62,497 nt of DNA from Patescibacteria group bacterium (GCA_038064635.1 JBBTSS010000001.1:1-62497), one strand, 5' to 3'; positions 16,755 to 27,843 are shown, counted from the first letter of the stretch. Numbers and translations: made by a program. Notes: generated from the letters alone by a model not told the origin.

Positions 16755-18716
16755 ATGAAACTCGTGACTGTCATCCCTCTCCAAAAGAACTCTTTTAAAG
16801 AAGAATTGACCTATTTTTCAGCCCAAAACATAGCTTTGGGTAGTATTGTAGGGATAACTGTACGAAATAAAAAGGGGCTCGGTCTAGTAATATCTTCTAC
16901 TGATGCTAGTGATGCAAAGTCTCAAATAAAAGACATGGATTTCAATTTAAAAAAAATTATAGAGACAAAAGAAGTTTCTATTTTTAAAACAGAATTAATA
17001 GAAACATCTATGCTTCTTAGTATGTATTTTGCTACAAATAAAAGTGCTGTCATCTCTAGTATCATACCTAGCATTCTGAAAGAGAAATATGATCATATTT
17101 CTAAAATATATATAGAAAATAAAAATAAGATAGAAATATACGAAAATAGCTCAAAAAATATCAAAGCAGAAAAAGTTCTTTTCCAAGCTCCTTATGAAGA
17201 AAGGATGTCTTACTACAAGACACTCATACGAAGTTCTTTTGCAAATAAAAAATCTATATTTATAGTATTACCCACAGAACATGACATAAGAGATTTTGAG
17301 GAAATGCTAAAGAAAGGCATAGAAAACTTTGTCATCTCTATACATAGCGGCATACCAGCCAAGAAAATGCTGTCTAAAATAGACACTATCATTTCTTCCC
17401 CTCATCCAGTATTAATCATAGGTACAGCGCCGTATCTATCTATACCAAGGCACGACTTGGAAACAATAATTCTAGAACATGAAAATAGCAGTGCTTACAA
17501 AACAATGTCTAGACCATACATAGACCTTCGAACTTTTGTAGAGATATTTGCTTCAAAAATATACGCGAAGCTCATCATTGGGGACAATTTACTTCGATTT
17601 GAAACAGTAGGCAGAAAAGAATTAGACAACATAAATGAATTAAGGCCATTGTCTTTTAGAGTAAATTTTGAAGGTGAAATAAAAGTGATAGAGAAAAATA
17701 AAAAAATAGAAGGACAGCAAGAAGAGGTGCCTAGGTTTAAAGTATTGAGCAATGAAAGCTTAGAAAATATTTCAAAAACTCTTTCTAAGAATAAAAACGT
17801 TTTTGTCTTTTCCTTACGTAAAGGATTAGCTACTTTTACTGTATGTAAAAGTTGTGGAAGTGAAGTGTCTTGTGATACATGCATGGCCCCAGTAGTCCTC
17901 TACACTTCAAAAGATGGAAATAAAAGAATGTTTGTATGTAATAAATGCAAAATGGAAAAAAGTCCTGATATTACATGCGGATACTGCGATAGCTGGAACT
18001 TGATACCTATGGGTATAGGCACAGATACGGTCTTTGAAGATTTAAAAAATAATTTTCCAAAAAATAAAATATTTAAATTAGACAAAGAAATAGCAAAAAA
18101 TGCTACTGACGCTATAAAAATAATAAAAGAATTTGAAGAAACAAATGGGGCGATACTTGTCGGCACAGAGATGGCGCTTTTTTATTTAAAAGAAAAAGTT
18201 TCTCTTTCACTCATAGCATCTTTTGATTCATTGTGGAGCATACCGAATTTTAAAATGAGTGAAAAAATACTTCAAATCATGTTTGGAATTATGCATAAAA
18301 CAGAAGACAAATTTATTATTGAAACAAAAAATATAAATGATAGCGCCATAAACGCTCTCCAGACAGGAAACCTCATGTCTTATGTAAGAGAAGAACTTGA
18401 AGATAGAAAAAACTTAGGCTATCCACCTTATAAAAGATTTATAAAGATAAGTCACTTGGCTGACAAAGAAGAGACTATTCATACCAGAAAAGCTTTAGCT
18501 GATGTTTTTAAAGACTATAACCCTACTATCTTTGGAGGTTTTATTGAAAAACTGAAAGGCAAATATACCACAAATGTACTTATAAAATTAGAACCTCACG
18601 AATGGTCTCTGCCTGATATATCTATTGGGGGTAGTATAGATAAACAAATCTCTTTAAAACTCAGCTCACTTCCCTCTTCTTTTGCTATTCATATAGATCC
18701 TGAAGATTTGCTCTAA
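16755..18716 (+). CDS. priA: PriA-like primosomal protein N' with degenerate helicase motifs
   Basis: PriA N-terminal domain and a four-times CxxC zinc region (CKSCGSEVSCDTC...CNKCK...CGYCDS). Walker A and DExH positions are not conserved (see findings). Confidence 0.7.
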   Translation: MKLVTVIPLQKNSFKEELTYFSAQNIALGSIVGITVRNKKGLGLVISSTDASDAKSQIKDMDFNLKKIIETKEVSIFKTELIETSMLLSMYFATNKSAVISSIIPSILKEKYDHISKIYIENKNKIEIYENSSKNIKAEKVLFQAPYEERMSYYKTLIRSSFANKKSIFIVLPTEHDIRDFEEMLKKGIENFVISIHSGIPAKKMLSKIDTIISSPHPVLIIGTAPYLSIPRHDLETIILEHENSSAYKTMSRPYIDLRTFVEIFASKIYAKLIIGDNLLRFETVGRKELDNINELRPLSFRVNFEGEIKVIEKNKKIEGQQEEVPRFKVLSNESLENISKTLSKNKNVFVFSLRKGLATFTVCKSCGSEVSCDTCMAPVVLYTSKDGNKRMFVCNKCKMEKSPDITCGYCDSWNLIPMGIGTDTVFEDLKNNFPKNKIFKLDKEIAKNATDAIKIIKEFEETNGAILVGTEMALFYLKEKVSLSLIASFDSLWSIPNFKMSEKILQIMFGIMHKTEDKFIIETKNINDSAINALQTGNLMSYVREELEDRKNLGYPPYKRFIKISHLADKEETIHTRKALADVFKDYNPTIFGGFIEKLKGKYTTNVLIKLEPHEWSLPDISIGGSIDKQISLKLSSLPSSFAIHIDPEDLL

Positions 18717-18719
18717 GAA

Positions 18720-19112
18720 CTATTTATTATTTTCTTCTACTTCTTTTTTCTTTTCTAAGAATCTGTCTATTTTTATCTTCATGCGAGATGAACGTATTGA
18801 GCCACGGATAAAAATATAAAAACCAAAAAGAACAAAACCAATACCTATGTATTGCAAGATATCTTTACCTGGTGACAATTGAAATAAAGTAACCCCTACA
18901 ACAACGACGGTAAGACTGGTTCGAATGTAAGCAAGAAAAGTAGCCTCATTTGTAAGTATCGTTCGTTCTATCGCTAGATAATCACGCAAGATTAAATCCT
19001 TTGTACTAAATTCTTTGTACAACTCTTCATCATTTGCTTTTGAATAAGCACTAAACATTTCTTTATAAAAATTCATATATTCAAGTTTCTTATAAACCAG
19101 AGTTAAAGTCAA
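18720..19112 (-). CDS. DUF202 (YidH-like) membrane protein
   Basis: LRDYLAIERTILTNEATFLAYIRTSL motif followed by TM helices. Confidence 0.6.
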   Translation of the reverse strand: MTLTLVYKKLEYMNFYKEMFSAYSKANDEELYKEFSTKDLILRDYLAIERTILTNEATFLAYIRTSLTVVVVGVTLFQLSPGKDILQYIGIGFVLFGFYIFIRGSIRSSRMKIKIDRFLEKKKEVEENNK

Positions 19113-19115
19113 TCT

Positions 19116-19796
19116 TTATGCATTCCCTACTAGCACTGTATACTCACCTCTGACTTTATCTTTATTTTCTTCGTAATATTTCAAAACGTTTTCTGGAGTA
19201 TCTGTAATAAATTCTTCATATATCTTTGTAAGTTCTCGAGCAACACAGACCTTTTTATCTGGGCAGAATTTTACTAATGCTTCTAACGTTTTCATTATTC
19301 TGTGTGGTGATTCATAAAAAGCCATGGTTCTGTCCGACTCTGCTATCTCTTTAAAGAGAGTTTCTCTTCCCTTTTTGTGTGGCAAAAATCCTAAGAATGT
19401 GAATTCATGAGTAGGGAGACCTGAGGCAGAAAGTGCTGTGATGAGGGCCGTAGCACCAGGTATAGGCACGACTCGAACACTGTCCCCAAAATGTTTTTTA
19501 ACTTGAGAGACAAGCATTGCTCCAGGGTCAGATATACCAGGAGTACCTGCATCAGACACAAGAGCTAGGTTTTTACCTTCTTCTAAAAGCTCAAAGATTT
19601 TATCTGTTTTAGAAAGTTTACTTTGAGCATGATAGCTCATCGTTGGCTTATCAATATTAAATTTATTCAATATCTTTTTTGTCTCTCGAGTATCTTCACA
19701 CAAAATCATATCAACTTCTTTTAAAGTCTCTATTGCGCGAAAAGTTATGTCCCCCATGTTACCGATAGGAGTTGCTACTATATATAAATTAGACAT
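19116..19796 (-). CDS. rsmI: 16S rRNA (cytidine1402-2'-O)-methyltransferase
   Basis: LYIVATPIGNMGDITFRAIETLKEVDMILCEDTR is the RsmI N-terminal signature. Confidence 0.9.
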   Translation of the reverse strand: MSNLYIVATPIGNMGDITFRAIETLKEVDMILCEDTRETKKILNKFNIDKPTMSYHAQSKLSKTDKIFELLEEGKNLALVSDAGTPGISDPGAMLVSQVKKHFGDSVRVVPIPGATALITALSASGLPTHEFTFLGFLPHKKGRETLFKEIAESDRTMAFYESPHRIMKTLEALVKFCPDKKVCVARELTKIYEEFITDTPENVLKYYEENKDKVRGEYTVLVGNA

Positions 19797-20322
19797 TGCT
19801 AGTGTTCGATTTTTTTAAGGTAGACAAAGATGCCAAAACTGTAATCCCTGCAGATAATAGTAAAACATTTTTAATTATATATTGTCCTTCTAGAGTAGGA
19901 GTAAGAAAACCTTGCCAAACGAATGAAGGTAATAATACAAGAGGCATAGTGGTAGTGATAAGATGCAAAAATAAAGCAAATACTGCTAGACGTTCGAGTC
20001 GTGGAATTATAAAGAGTAAACCTATTACCATTTCAAGTATTCCAAAAGCTATCAAAAAAGCGTCCGGTGAGACAAAAGGCATAGTCCTGTCCAAAAGAGC
20101 CAACACAAGAGGACTAGCTGGGCTGGTCTCTAATACCTTTAATAACCCAAACCAAAAATACACAAGAAATACAGCAAAACGAGCAAATGGAAGCATTGCT
20201 CCTCTTGCCCAATTTATTATTTTTTGATCAAAATTCTCTAGTTTTTCATTAAAATTCTGCATATATGTGATTATATCACTTTCATCAAAAAACTTAGAAT
20301 TTTTATAACTTGACAAATACAT
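19789..20322 (-). CDS. integral membrane protein, function unknown
   Basis: Four or five hydrophobic helices. Preferred over the antisense ORF 19796..20227. Confidence 0.5.
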   Translation of the reverse strand: MYLSSYKNSKFFDESDIITYMQNFNEKLENFDQKIINWARGAMLPFARFAVFLVYFWFGLLKVLETSPASPLVLALLDRTMPFVSPDAFLIAFGILEMVIGLLFIIPRLERLAVFALFLHLITTTMPLVLLPSFVWQGFLTPTLEGQYIIKNVLLLSAGITVLASLSTLKKSNTSNV

Positions 20323-20428
20323 AAAAAAGTAGTATCCTATTTATTGAATACGTCCACTTTGTGACATTCCTGAGTATGCCGAAAATCAGGTCAAAGAGTA
20401 GGCAAAAATTTTTAAAGTACCTTATATT

Positions 20429-20653
20429 ATGAAAATCGCGTCAGAAGAAAGGATTCAAATCCTTGAAGCACTCCTAGGGGTATTCCTTAGCGAACAGTCA
20501 ATTGTTCTTGCCGAGACTAATCGGAAAATTGGCAATGTAGCGCAACGTATCAAAGTGACACCCGAAAAAATCATGGCCGTAATCGGACCTATCTATTTAA
20601 AAGCCGCACAGGTAGCTTTTAAGATTGAAGAGAAGGACCCAAAGGAGTTGTAG
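20429..20653 (+). CDS. hypothetical protein (74 aa)
   Basis: ORF visibly more GC-rich than its surroundings. No domain recognised. Confidence 0.4.
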   Translation: MKIASEERIQILEALLGVFLSEQSIVLAETNRKIGNVAQRIKVTPEKIMAVIGPIYLKAAQVAFKIEEKDPKEL

Positions 20654-20670
20654 TTCGAAATTGACAATTT

Positions 20671-20760
20671 TGCAGTTATGGTGAAGCATTAGCTTCCTAA
20701 ACGGGTAATTTTTCCTCGGCGAAAGCTTTAGGACAGAACAAGAACCGTCTCCACACTGCA
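20671..20760 (+). ncRNA. candidate structured RNA or 3' UTR element
   Basis: TGCAGT (20671-20676) pairs with ACTGCA (20755-20760). They enclose GAAGC-ATTA-GCTTC, CCTAAA...TTTAGG and a GCGAAAGC GNRA hairpin. The region is GC-rich compared with its flanks. Confidence 0.2.
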
Positions 20761-20767
20761 AAAAACC

Positions 20768-20805
20768 CAGGATCCTCTCATTTTAAATGATTGGATCCTG
20801 TTTTT
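20768..20805. terminator. bidirectional terminator (end of the atp operon and of the 20429 ORF)
   Basis: CAGGATCC (20768-20775) pairs with GGATCCTG (20793-20800), flanked by A and T runs. Confidence 0.65.
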
Positions 20806-21250
20806 ATTTCCTATATTTTTTAGTGCGCCATTTATCGGCTATTTTTATACGAGTGATTGAACGTTCAAGTTCTGATTCGAAATGTTCAAAGTCTACAACT
20901 TCATTATTTTCCATTTGTTTTTTCAATTCTTCTGAACGAGCTTTTGCTTTTTCTATCATCTCGTCTGAAAGTTCTGAAATATGTTCTGCAAAGTCTGCAA
21001 GAATAGCGACTTCAGTATTACCTTCCAAATTATTTTTTACTTCAACAAACCCCCCGACTACGGCCATAGGAATATGTTCGCCTTTTACCATCCCTACAAC
21101 ATCACCCGAAGCAAGTCCTGCGATGAGAGGAATGTGTCCGGGTAAAACACCTATCTCTCCTTCTGTGGTAGGGATTAATACTTGATCAACAAGTTCTTCA
21201 AGAACAAGTCTTTCTGGTGTTACGACTTTTAGTTTTATTTGTTTTGACAT
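20804..21250 (-). CDS. atpC: ATP synthase F1 epsilon subunit
   Basis: Last position in the operon. LKVVTPERLVLEE...LPGHIPLI motif. Confidence 0.9.
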   Translation of the reverse strand: MSKQIKLKVVTPERLVLEELVDQVLIPTTEGEIGVLPGHIPLIAGLASGDVVGMVKGEHIPMAVVGGFVEVKNNLEGNTEVAILADFAEHISELSDEMIEKAKARSEELKKQMENNEVVDFEHFESELERSITRIKIADKWRTKKYRK

Positions 21251-21258
21251 ATTTAAAA

Positions 21259-22641
<1,383 letters not shown>

Positions 22642-22667
22642 TTAATCCTTCGACAAGCTCAGGACTT

Positions 22668-23573
22668 TTAGCTCACACTTGCCATACCGGCACTTATCTC
22701 ACTTATCTCTCTTGTAATGTTTGCTTGTCTTGCTTTGTTGAATACTAAGGTAAGGTCGTCTATCATCTCACTTGCTGCGTCTCCTGCGTTTTTCATAGAC
22801 ATCATTCTAGCAGATTGTTCTGAAGCATTTGACTCCAATAACATCTGATATATCTGCATCTTCACTAATTTCTCTGCAAGTGATTCAATCAAAGTGTTCA
22901 TGTCCCCTTCGAAAATATACTGGTTTGTGTCTTCTTTTTTTTCTAGTAATTCTCTTGATTTTTGGTCTCCGACGTCTTGAATCGCTTTCTGTAATTCTTT
23001 TTTTGAAACTGGTAAAAGTTTTCTAATTCTTGGAGTTTGAGACAGAGCAGACACAAAGTCTGTGTATGCAACATAAATACTTTTATATGTACCCTTTTTA
23101 TATTCAGTAGTTATATACTTTGAAATTGGATTTATATCAGACAAAGAAATAATGTCCGGTAAATCCAAAAAGGAAGCAACTACATCTTGACCTACTCTAC
23201 GCATCGCTGCATCACCTTTTTTACCAATAGTCAAAAATTCTATTTGTTCATTTTCTAATGATTTGATTTTTAAAATAGTTTTCTTAATTACCTGAGCATT
23301 ATAACCCCCACAAAGGCCTCTATTTGAAGTTATAAGTATCACAAGTATTTTACCTTCAGTATTTTCTATAAAAAATGGATGAGTTATTTCTTCGAGTTTA
23401 CCTGACAAAGAAGTTAAAAGCTCCCAAGAATAATTTGCATACAAACGAGACGCGAGAGTTTTTGCAACTGCACGTTTCATTTTAGAAGCAGATACAAGTT
23501 CCATCGCTTTCGTGATTTTCTTTGTACTCTTCACACTTTTTATTCTTCTTTTAATTTCTTTTGTTCCAGCCAT
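22668..23573 (-). CDS. atpG: ATP synthase F1 gamma subunit
   Basis: MAGTKEIKRRIKSVKSTKKITKAMELVSASKM N-terminus and ITREISEI C-terminus. Confidence 0.95.
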   Translation of the reverse strand: MAGTKEIKRRIKSVKSTKKITKAMELVSASKMKRAVAKTLASRLYANYSWELLTSLSGKLEEITHPFFIENTEGKILVILITSNRGLCGGYNAQVIKKTILKIKSLENEQIEFLTIGKKGDAAMRRVGQDVVASFLDLPDIISLSDINPISKYITTEYKKGTYKSIYVAYTDFVSALSQTPRIRKLLPVSKKELQKAIQDVGDQKSRELLEKKEDTNQYIFEGDMNTLIESLAEKLVKMQIYQMLLESNASEQSARMMSMKNAGDAASEMIDDLTLVFNKARQANITREISEISAGMASVS

Positions 23574-23582
23574 TTTTTTTAT

Positions 23583-25085
23583 TTATTTAATAAAAGAAAC
23601 CTTGAAGTCTTCAATAGCTTTCTTTAATTGTGCCTCTCCGTCATCTGACCACATTTTCTTTTCTACAACTTCTTTTATGAAAGTCTTTGCATGAGCTTCT
23701 GCGTATTCGATAAGTCCTGTTTCAAATGCTTTAATCTGATCTACGGGGACAGTATCCATGTAGCCCTTAACTAAAGCATATAAAGATACGACTTGGTGCT
23801 GTGTGAGAACAGGCGCGTATTGAGGTTGTTTTAAAAGTTCTACTGCTCTTTTACCACGCTCGAGTTGGTTCTTTGTAGCATCATCTAAGTCTGATCCGAA
23901 TTGAGCGAAAGCTTCGAGTTCTCGGAATTGAGCAAGGTCAAGCTTCAATGTTCCTGCAACTTTTTTCATAGCTTTAATCTGAGCACTTCCTCCTACACGA
24001 GACACAGAAAATCCGACGTTTACAGCAGGACGTACACCTTTATAAAAAAGATCAGTCTCAAGGAAAATTTGTCCATCTGTAATAGAAATAACATTTGTAG
24101 GAATATATGCAGACAGGTCACCAGCTTGAGTTTCAATGATAGGTAACGCTGTTATAGATCCTCCTCCATAATCTTTATTTCTTCGGCACGCTCGTTCCAA
24201 AAGTCTTGAATGCAAATAAAAAACGTCTCCAGGGTACGCTTCACGACCTGGTGGACGACGAAGAAGAAGTGAAATTTCACGATACGCTACCGCGTGTTTT
24301 GACAAATCATCATATACTATCAAAACATCTTTCCCTTGATCCATAAATGATTCAGCAATAGCAACTCCAGCATAAGGAGCAATATAAGAAAGTGCTGCTG
24401 GTTCAGAACTACCAGCTGATACAATGATGGTGTAATCCATAGCACCACCTTCTTCTAAACGAGTTTGTATTTTGCGAAGCTTAGAATCTTTCTGACCAAT
24501 AGACACATAAACACAAATCATATCTTGACCTTTTTGATTTAAAATAGCATCGATAGCAATAGCGGTCTTTCCTGTCTGTCTATCTCCGATAATAAGCTCA
24601 CGTTGACCTCGTCCTACTGGTATAAGCGCATCGATAGCTTTGATACCCGTAGAAACTGGCTGATCCACTCCTTGACGTGTTACCACTCCAGGAGCAACTT
24701 TTTCAATAGGGTAATTTTTGTCAGATTTTACTTCTCCTTTTCCATCAATAGGGTTTCCTAGAGCATTCAACACACGTCCAATTTGATTATTTGAAACAGG
24801 TATTTCTAAAATACGTCCAGTAGAACGTACTTCATCTCCTTCTTTGATTTTAGAAAATTCTCCCAAGATAATGATACCTACGGTATCTTCTTCTAAGTTT
24901 AGAACAACACCAACTTCCCCTCCAACAAAAGTCACCATCTCTGAAGATTTTACATCAGAAAGCCCTGAGACTTTTGCGATACCGTCAAAAACCTCTACTA
25001 CATGACCGATTTTCTCAGCTTTTGTTTTTAAAGAAAAATTCTCAATCTCTTTTTTTAAATTTTCTACAATTGTGTTGTTGCTCAT
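23583..25085 (-). CDS. atpA: ATP synthase F1 alpha subunit
   Basis: [11 protein letters not shown] Walker A with full-length alpha similarity. Confidence 0.97.
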   Translation of the reverse strand: MSNNTIVENLKKEIENFSLKTKAEKIGHVVEVFDGIAKVSGLSDVKSSEMVTFVGGEVGVVLNLEEDTVGIIILGEFSKIKEGDEVRSTGRILEIPVSNNQIGRVLNALGNPIDGKGEVKSDKNYPIEKVAPGVVTRQGVDQPVSTGIKAIDALIPVGRGQRELIIGDRQTGKTAIAIDAILNQKGQDMICVYVSIGQKDSKLRKIQTRLEEGGAMDYTIIVSAGSSEPAALSYIAPYAGVAIAESFMDQGKDVLIVYDDLSKHAVAYREISLLLRRPPGREAYPGDVFYLHSRLLERACRRNKDYGGGSITALPIIETQAGDLSAYIPTNVISITDGQIFLETDLFYKGVRPAVNVGFSVSRVGGSAQIKAMKKVAGTLKLDLAQFRELEAFAQFGSDLDDATKNQLERGKRAVELLKQPQYAPVLTQHQVVSLYALVKGYMDTVPVDQIKAFETGLIEYAEAHAKTFIKEVVEKKMWSDDGEAQLKKAIEDFKVSFIK

Positions 25086-25089
25086 AAAC

Positions 25090-25494
25090 TTATCTTGTTA
25101 AATGTTCTTGTAACTTTTTTAATTTATTAAAAATGGTTAGGTCTATAATCTCATTTTCTACTTCAATCTTTACTCCTCCTAAAACAGTCTTGTCTTCGAC
25201 TTCTTCGAACAAAACTTTTTTAGCGTTATATTTTTGTTTCAAAATAGAAGCTATATCTTTTTTACTATCCTCTCCTAAATATTTAACACTGACAATTTTT
25301 GCTATTAGTATTCCATCCTCTTTATTTGAAAATTTTTCAAGTTTATTTAAAATACTTTCCGACTTAGAGATCAATCTTTTTTTAGCTAAAAATTTCACAG
25401 TGGAATGCACAATATCAGACAGCTCGTGCCCTTTTTTATCTTTCGACGCCATATAGATGGCTTGTGCTATATCGTTGTGTGACAATGTTGCCAT
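25090..25494 (-). CDS. atpH: ATP synthase delta (OSCP) subunit, short form
   Basis: Position between atpF and atpA, with a C-terminal [16 protein letters not shown] motif. Only 134 aa long. Confidence 0.7.
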   Translation of the reverse strand: MATLSHNDIAQAIYMASKDKKGHELSDIVHSTVKFLAKKRLISKSESILNKLEKFSNKEDGILIAKIVSVKYLGEDSKKDIASILKQKYNAKKVLFEEVEDKTVLGGVKIEVENEIIDLTIFNKLKKLQEHLTR

Positions 25495-25495
25495 T

Positions 25496-25987
25496 TTATA
25501 TATTATTCAACTCTTTTACTACCTTTGCTTCATAAGCACCGTCCACCTTAGAACCAATTACTTTTTCAGTAGTTTGAACTATAAGTGAGACAATCTCTTT
25601 CTTTGCTTCTGTAAGCATTTTTGTCTTTTCAGCTTCGAGACTTTTCTTTCCATTTTCAATCATAACAGCAACCTCTTTCTTTGCTTCTTCCATCATTTCT
25701 GTCTTCTTTACTCCTGCTTCTTTTTTAGTATCTTGAAGTAATTTATGTGCGTCATTTCGAGCCTGTACTAAAACAGCCTCATATTCTTTCTTTGTATTTT
25801 CTAAAAGAACTGCATTTTCTTTACCGTTTAAAAGACCAGTAGTTATCTCTTCTGTTCTCTCTTGTATTATCTTTTTTAGAGGCTTAGCAGCTAAAAAATA
25901 TAATGCTAAGAATACCAAAATAAAGTTAATGATTTGCGCAATCATTAACTTCCAATCTATGTGAAATGTTGAAATCAGTGCTTCCAT
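25496..25987 (-). CDS. atpF: ATP synthase Fo b subunit
   Basis: Single N-terminal TM helix followed by a long charged helix. Operon position fits. Confidence 0.8.
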   Translation of the reverse strand: MEALISTFHIDWKLMIAQIINFILVFLALYFLAAKPLKKIIQERTEEITTGLLNGKENAVLLENTKKEYEAVLVQARNDAHKLLQDTKKEAGVKKTEMMEEAKKEVAVMIENGKKSLEAEKTKMLTEAKKEIVSLIVQTTEKVIGSKVDGAYEAKVVKELNNI

Positions 25988-26005
25988 TATGATTTTTGTT
26001 TAAAT

Positions 26006-26272
<267 letters not shown>

Positions 26273-26315
26273 CTAATTTTTATAATTTTGACCTTTTTAT
26301 TAATAATTTAATAAA

Positions 26316-27269
26316 CTAAATATGTGATAACTCTCCCTCTTTACTTTTTTCCTTATCATGACCATGTTCGTGTTCTTCGTGTTCAGAATGATCTTGAGCT
26401 GCTATTGTAAAGTATACCGTCGTCAACAAACTAAATATAAGTGCTTGAATAAGACCAATAAACACTTCTAAAAATAGAAATGGTGTTGGTAATACAAAAG
26501 CAAGTATTGCAGCCATTGAAGAAAGCAACACTTCACCAGCAAAAATATTTCCAAAAAGACGGAAAGAAAGAGACGCTATTTTTGCTATCTCACCTATAAA
26601 CTCTATAATTCCTACAAAGAACGATACCGGTGCTACTACTAGCACACTTGGATCTTTACGTACTTTCGTAAAAATAGAACCAAGTTCTTGTAGCTTAACA
26701 TATTTATTTAAAGTTTTCCATGCACCCAAGGTAATTATTCCAAATAGATTTGAACCTATTACAGCTACTATACCTAGAGTTAAGGTCATGTTTATATCAG
26801 CAGTACCTCCTCTAAATAAAGGGACAAACACTTGGTGTCCTTCTTCCATCATATAAAAACCCATAGAACCAATAAAAGGTAATATTCCCAACCAATTGTT
26901 TATCAATATAAAAACGAACACACTAAACACAACCGGAAAGATTTTATTAGAAATTTTTCTGTCATTCGTAACCTGATCAACAAGTGAAAGTGCTCCATCT
27001 AAGACTATCTCAAACACATGTTGGAGTTTTCCTGGAACTTTTTTTAATTTCAATCTAATAATTAAAGAGAAAATAATTATGACAAAAACAGCTAGCCATG
27101 AAGTAAGGAGTGAATTTGTAACCTGAAAATCTCCAATCTTAAAAAGTGGTTCAGCGTAAATAGTCACTTCATGCACAGGTTTTGCTTCTTCAATATGTGA
27201 CACCTCTGATGAGGTTATCTCCTGATTGTCTATTTCTTGTATATTTTCTTGTATATTATTTGTTGTCAT
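26316..27269 (-). CDS. atpB: ATP synthase Fo a subunit, with hydrophilic N-extension and His/Glu-rich C-tail
   Basis: LSFRLFGNIFAGE motif. The C-terminus reads AAQDHSEHEEHEHGHDKEKSKEGELSHI. Confidence 0.9.
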   Translation of the reverse strand: MTTNNIQENIQEIDNQEITSSEVSHIEEAKPVHEVTIYAEPLFKIGDFQVTNSLLTSWLAVFVIIIFSLIIRLKLKKVPGKLQHVFEIVLDGALSLVDQVTNDRKISNKIFPVVFSVFVFILINNWLGILPFIGSMGFYMMEEGHQVFVPLFRGGTADINMTLTLGIVAVIGSNLFGIITLGAWKTLNKYVKLQELGSIFTKVRKDPSVLVVAPVSFFVGIIEFIGEIAKIASLSFRLFGNIFAGEVLLSSMAAILAFVLPTPFLFLEVFIGLIQALIFSLLTTVYFTIAAQDHSEHEEHEHGHDKEKSKEGELSHI

Positions 27270-27507
27270 TTTTATCTATATCTCTTTTGTATATTTTTAT
27301 TTCTTTGTAGATACCAAAACATGTTAGGCCGAAACTCAAGACTATTAAAACAAAAAATAAAATTTGATTATTATCTAAAAAATATTTAGAAAGTAATACT
27401 GAAATTAAAATTGGAAAGATTATCCAAGATGTAACTTTTGCATAAAAAAACATGGCCGGCTTCCACCATGGGTTGTTTTGGTTAAATTGATTTTCTTCTT
27501 TTTTCAT
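27256..27507 (-). CDS. AtpZ/AtpI-like small membrane protein
   Basis: First gene of the atp operon, with two TM helices. The start is placed at MKKEEN; the 19 upstream codons run through a GC-rich structured patch. Confidence 0.5.
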   Translation of the reverse strand: MKKEENQFNQNNPWWKPAMFFYAKVTSWIIFPILISVLLSKYFLDNNQILFFVLIVLSFGLTCFGIYKEIKIYKRDIDKNDNK

Positions 27508-27677
27508 AAAACAAAATCGCATTGTGACTACAAATAATTCCTCGCCGTCGCTCAATGAGCACATTGACCTACTGGGTCAGAATTTTCGCAGCTTATTTTT
27601 TCTTTAGTCTTGTGGTCAGGAATAGTTTTCTGGTGAAAACTTTCCCGACCCGGACTCGGCTCGTCAGCCTCCGTCTC

Positions 27678-27700
27678 TCAAAAATGTGCCCCGCACATTT
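27678..27700 (-). terminator. intrinsic terminator after tRNA-Ile
   Basis: AAATGTGC-GGG-GCACATTT hairpin followed by U residues on the minus strand. Confidence 0.6.
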
Positions 27701-27701
27701 G

Positions 27702-27773
27702 TGAGCGTGGATGGAATCGGACCATCGACCTCTGTCTTATCAGGACAGCGTTCTACCACTGAACTACACGCTC
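27702..27773 (-). tRNA. tRNA-Ile (anticodon GAU)
   Basis: Hand-folded cloverleaf: acceptor GAGCGTG/CACGCTC, D stem GTTC/GAAC, anticodon stem CTGTC/GACAG with loop CTGATAA, T stem GATGG/CCATC. No CCA is encoded. The T-loop reads TCCGATT. Confidence 0.8.
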
Positions 27774-27810
27774 AAATATTTACTTAAAAACAACTTTAAC
27801 CCTATTGAAA

Positions 27811-27843
27811 GGATCCTGGTACATTACCAACAACTACACGCTC
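27811..27843 (-). pseudogene. degenerate partial copy of the tRNA-Ile 5' half
   Basis: TTTGAGCGTGTAGTT is identical to the start of the tRNA-Ile locus (with its 3 preceding nt). It then diverges: GTTGGTAATGTACCAGGATCC versus CAGTGGTAGAACGCTGTCC. Confidence 0.5.

Noticed and set aside
19796-20227. 143-aa ORF on the plus strand
   Set aside because: It is antisense to the 177-aa membrane-protein ORF, which has coherent TM helices and overlaps rsmI in operon fashion. The plus-strand product is basic low-complexity sequence.
20787-21185. 132-aa ORF on the plus strand
   Set aside because: It lies entirely antisense to atpC, which has clear epsilon-subunit similarity and operon context. Its composition is low-complexity Ser-rich, so it is a shadow ORF.
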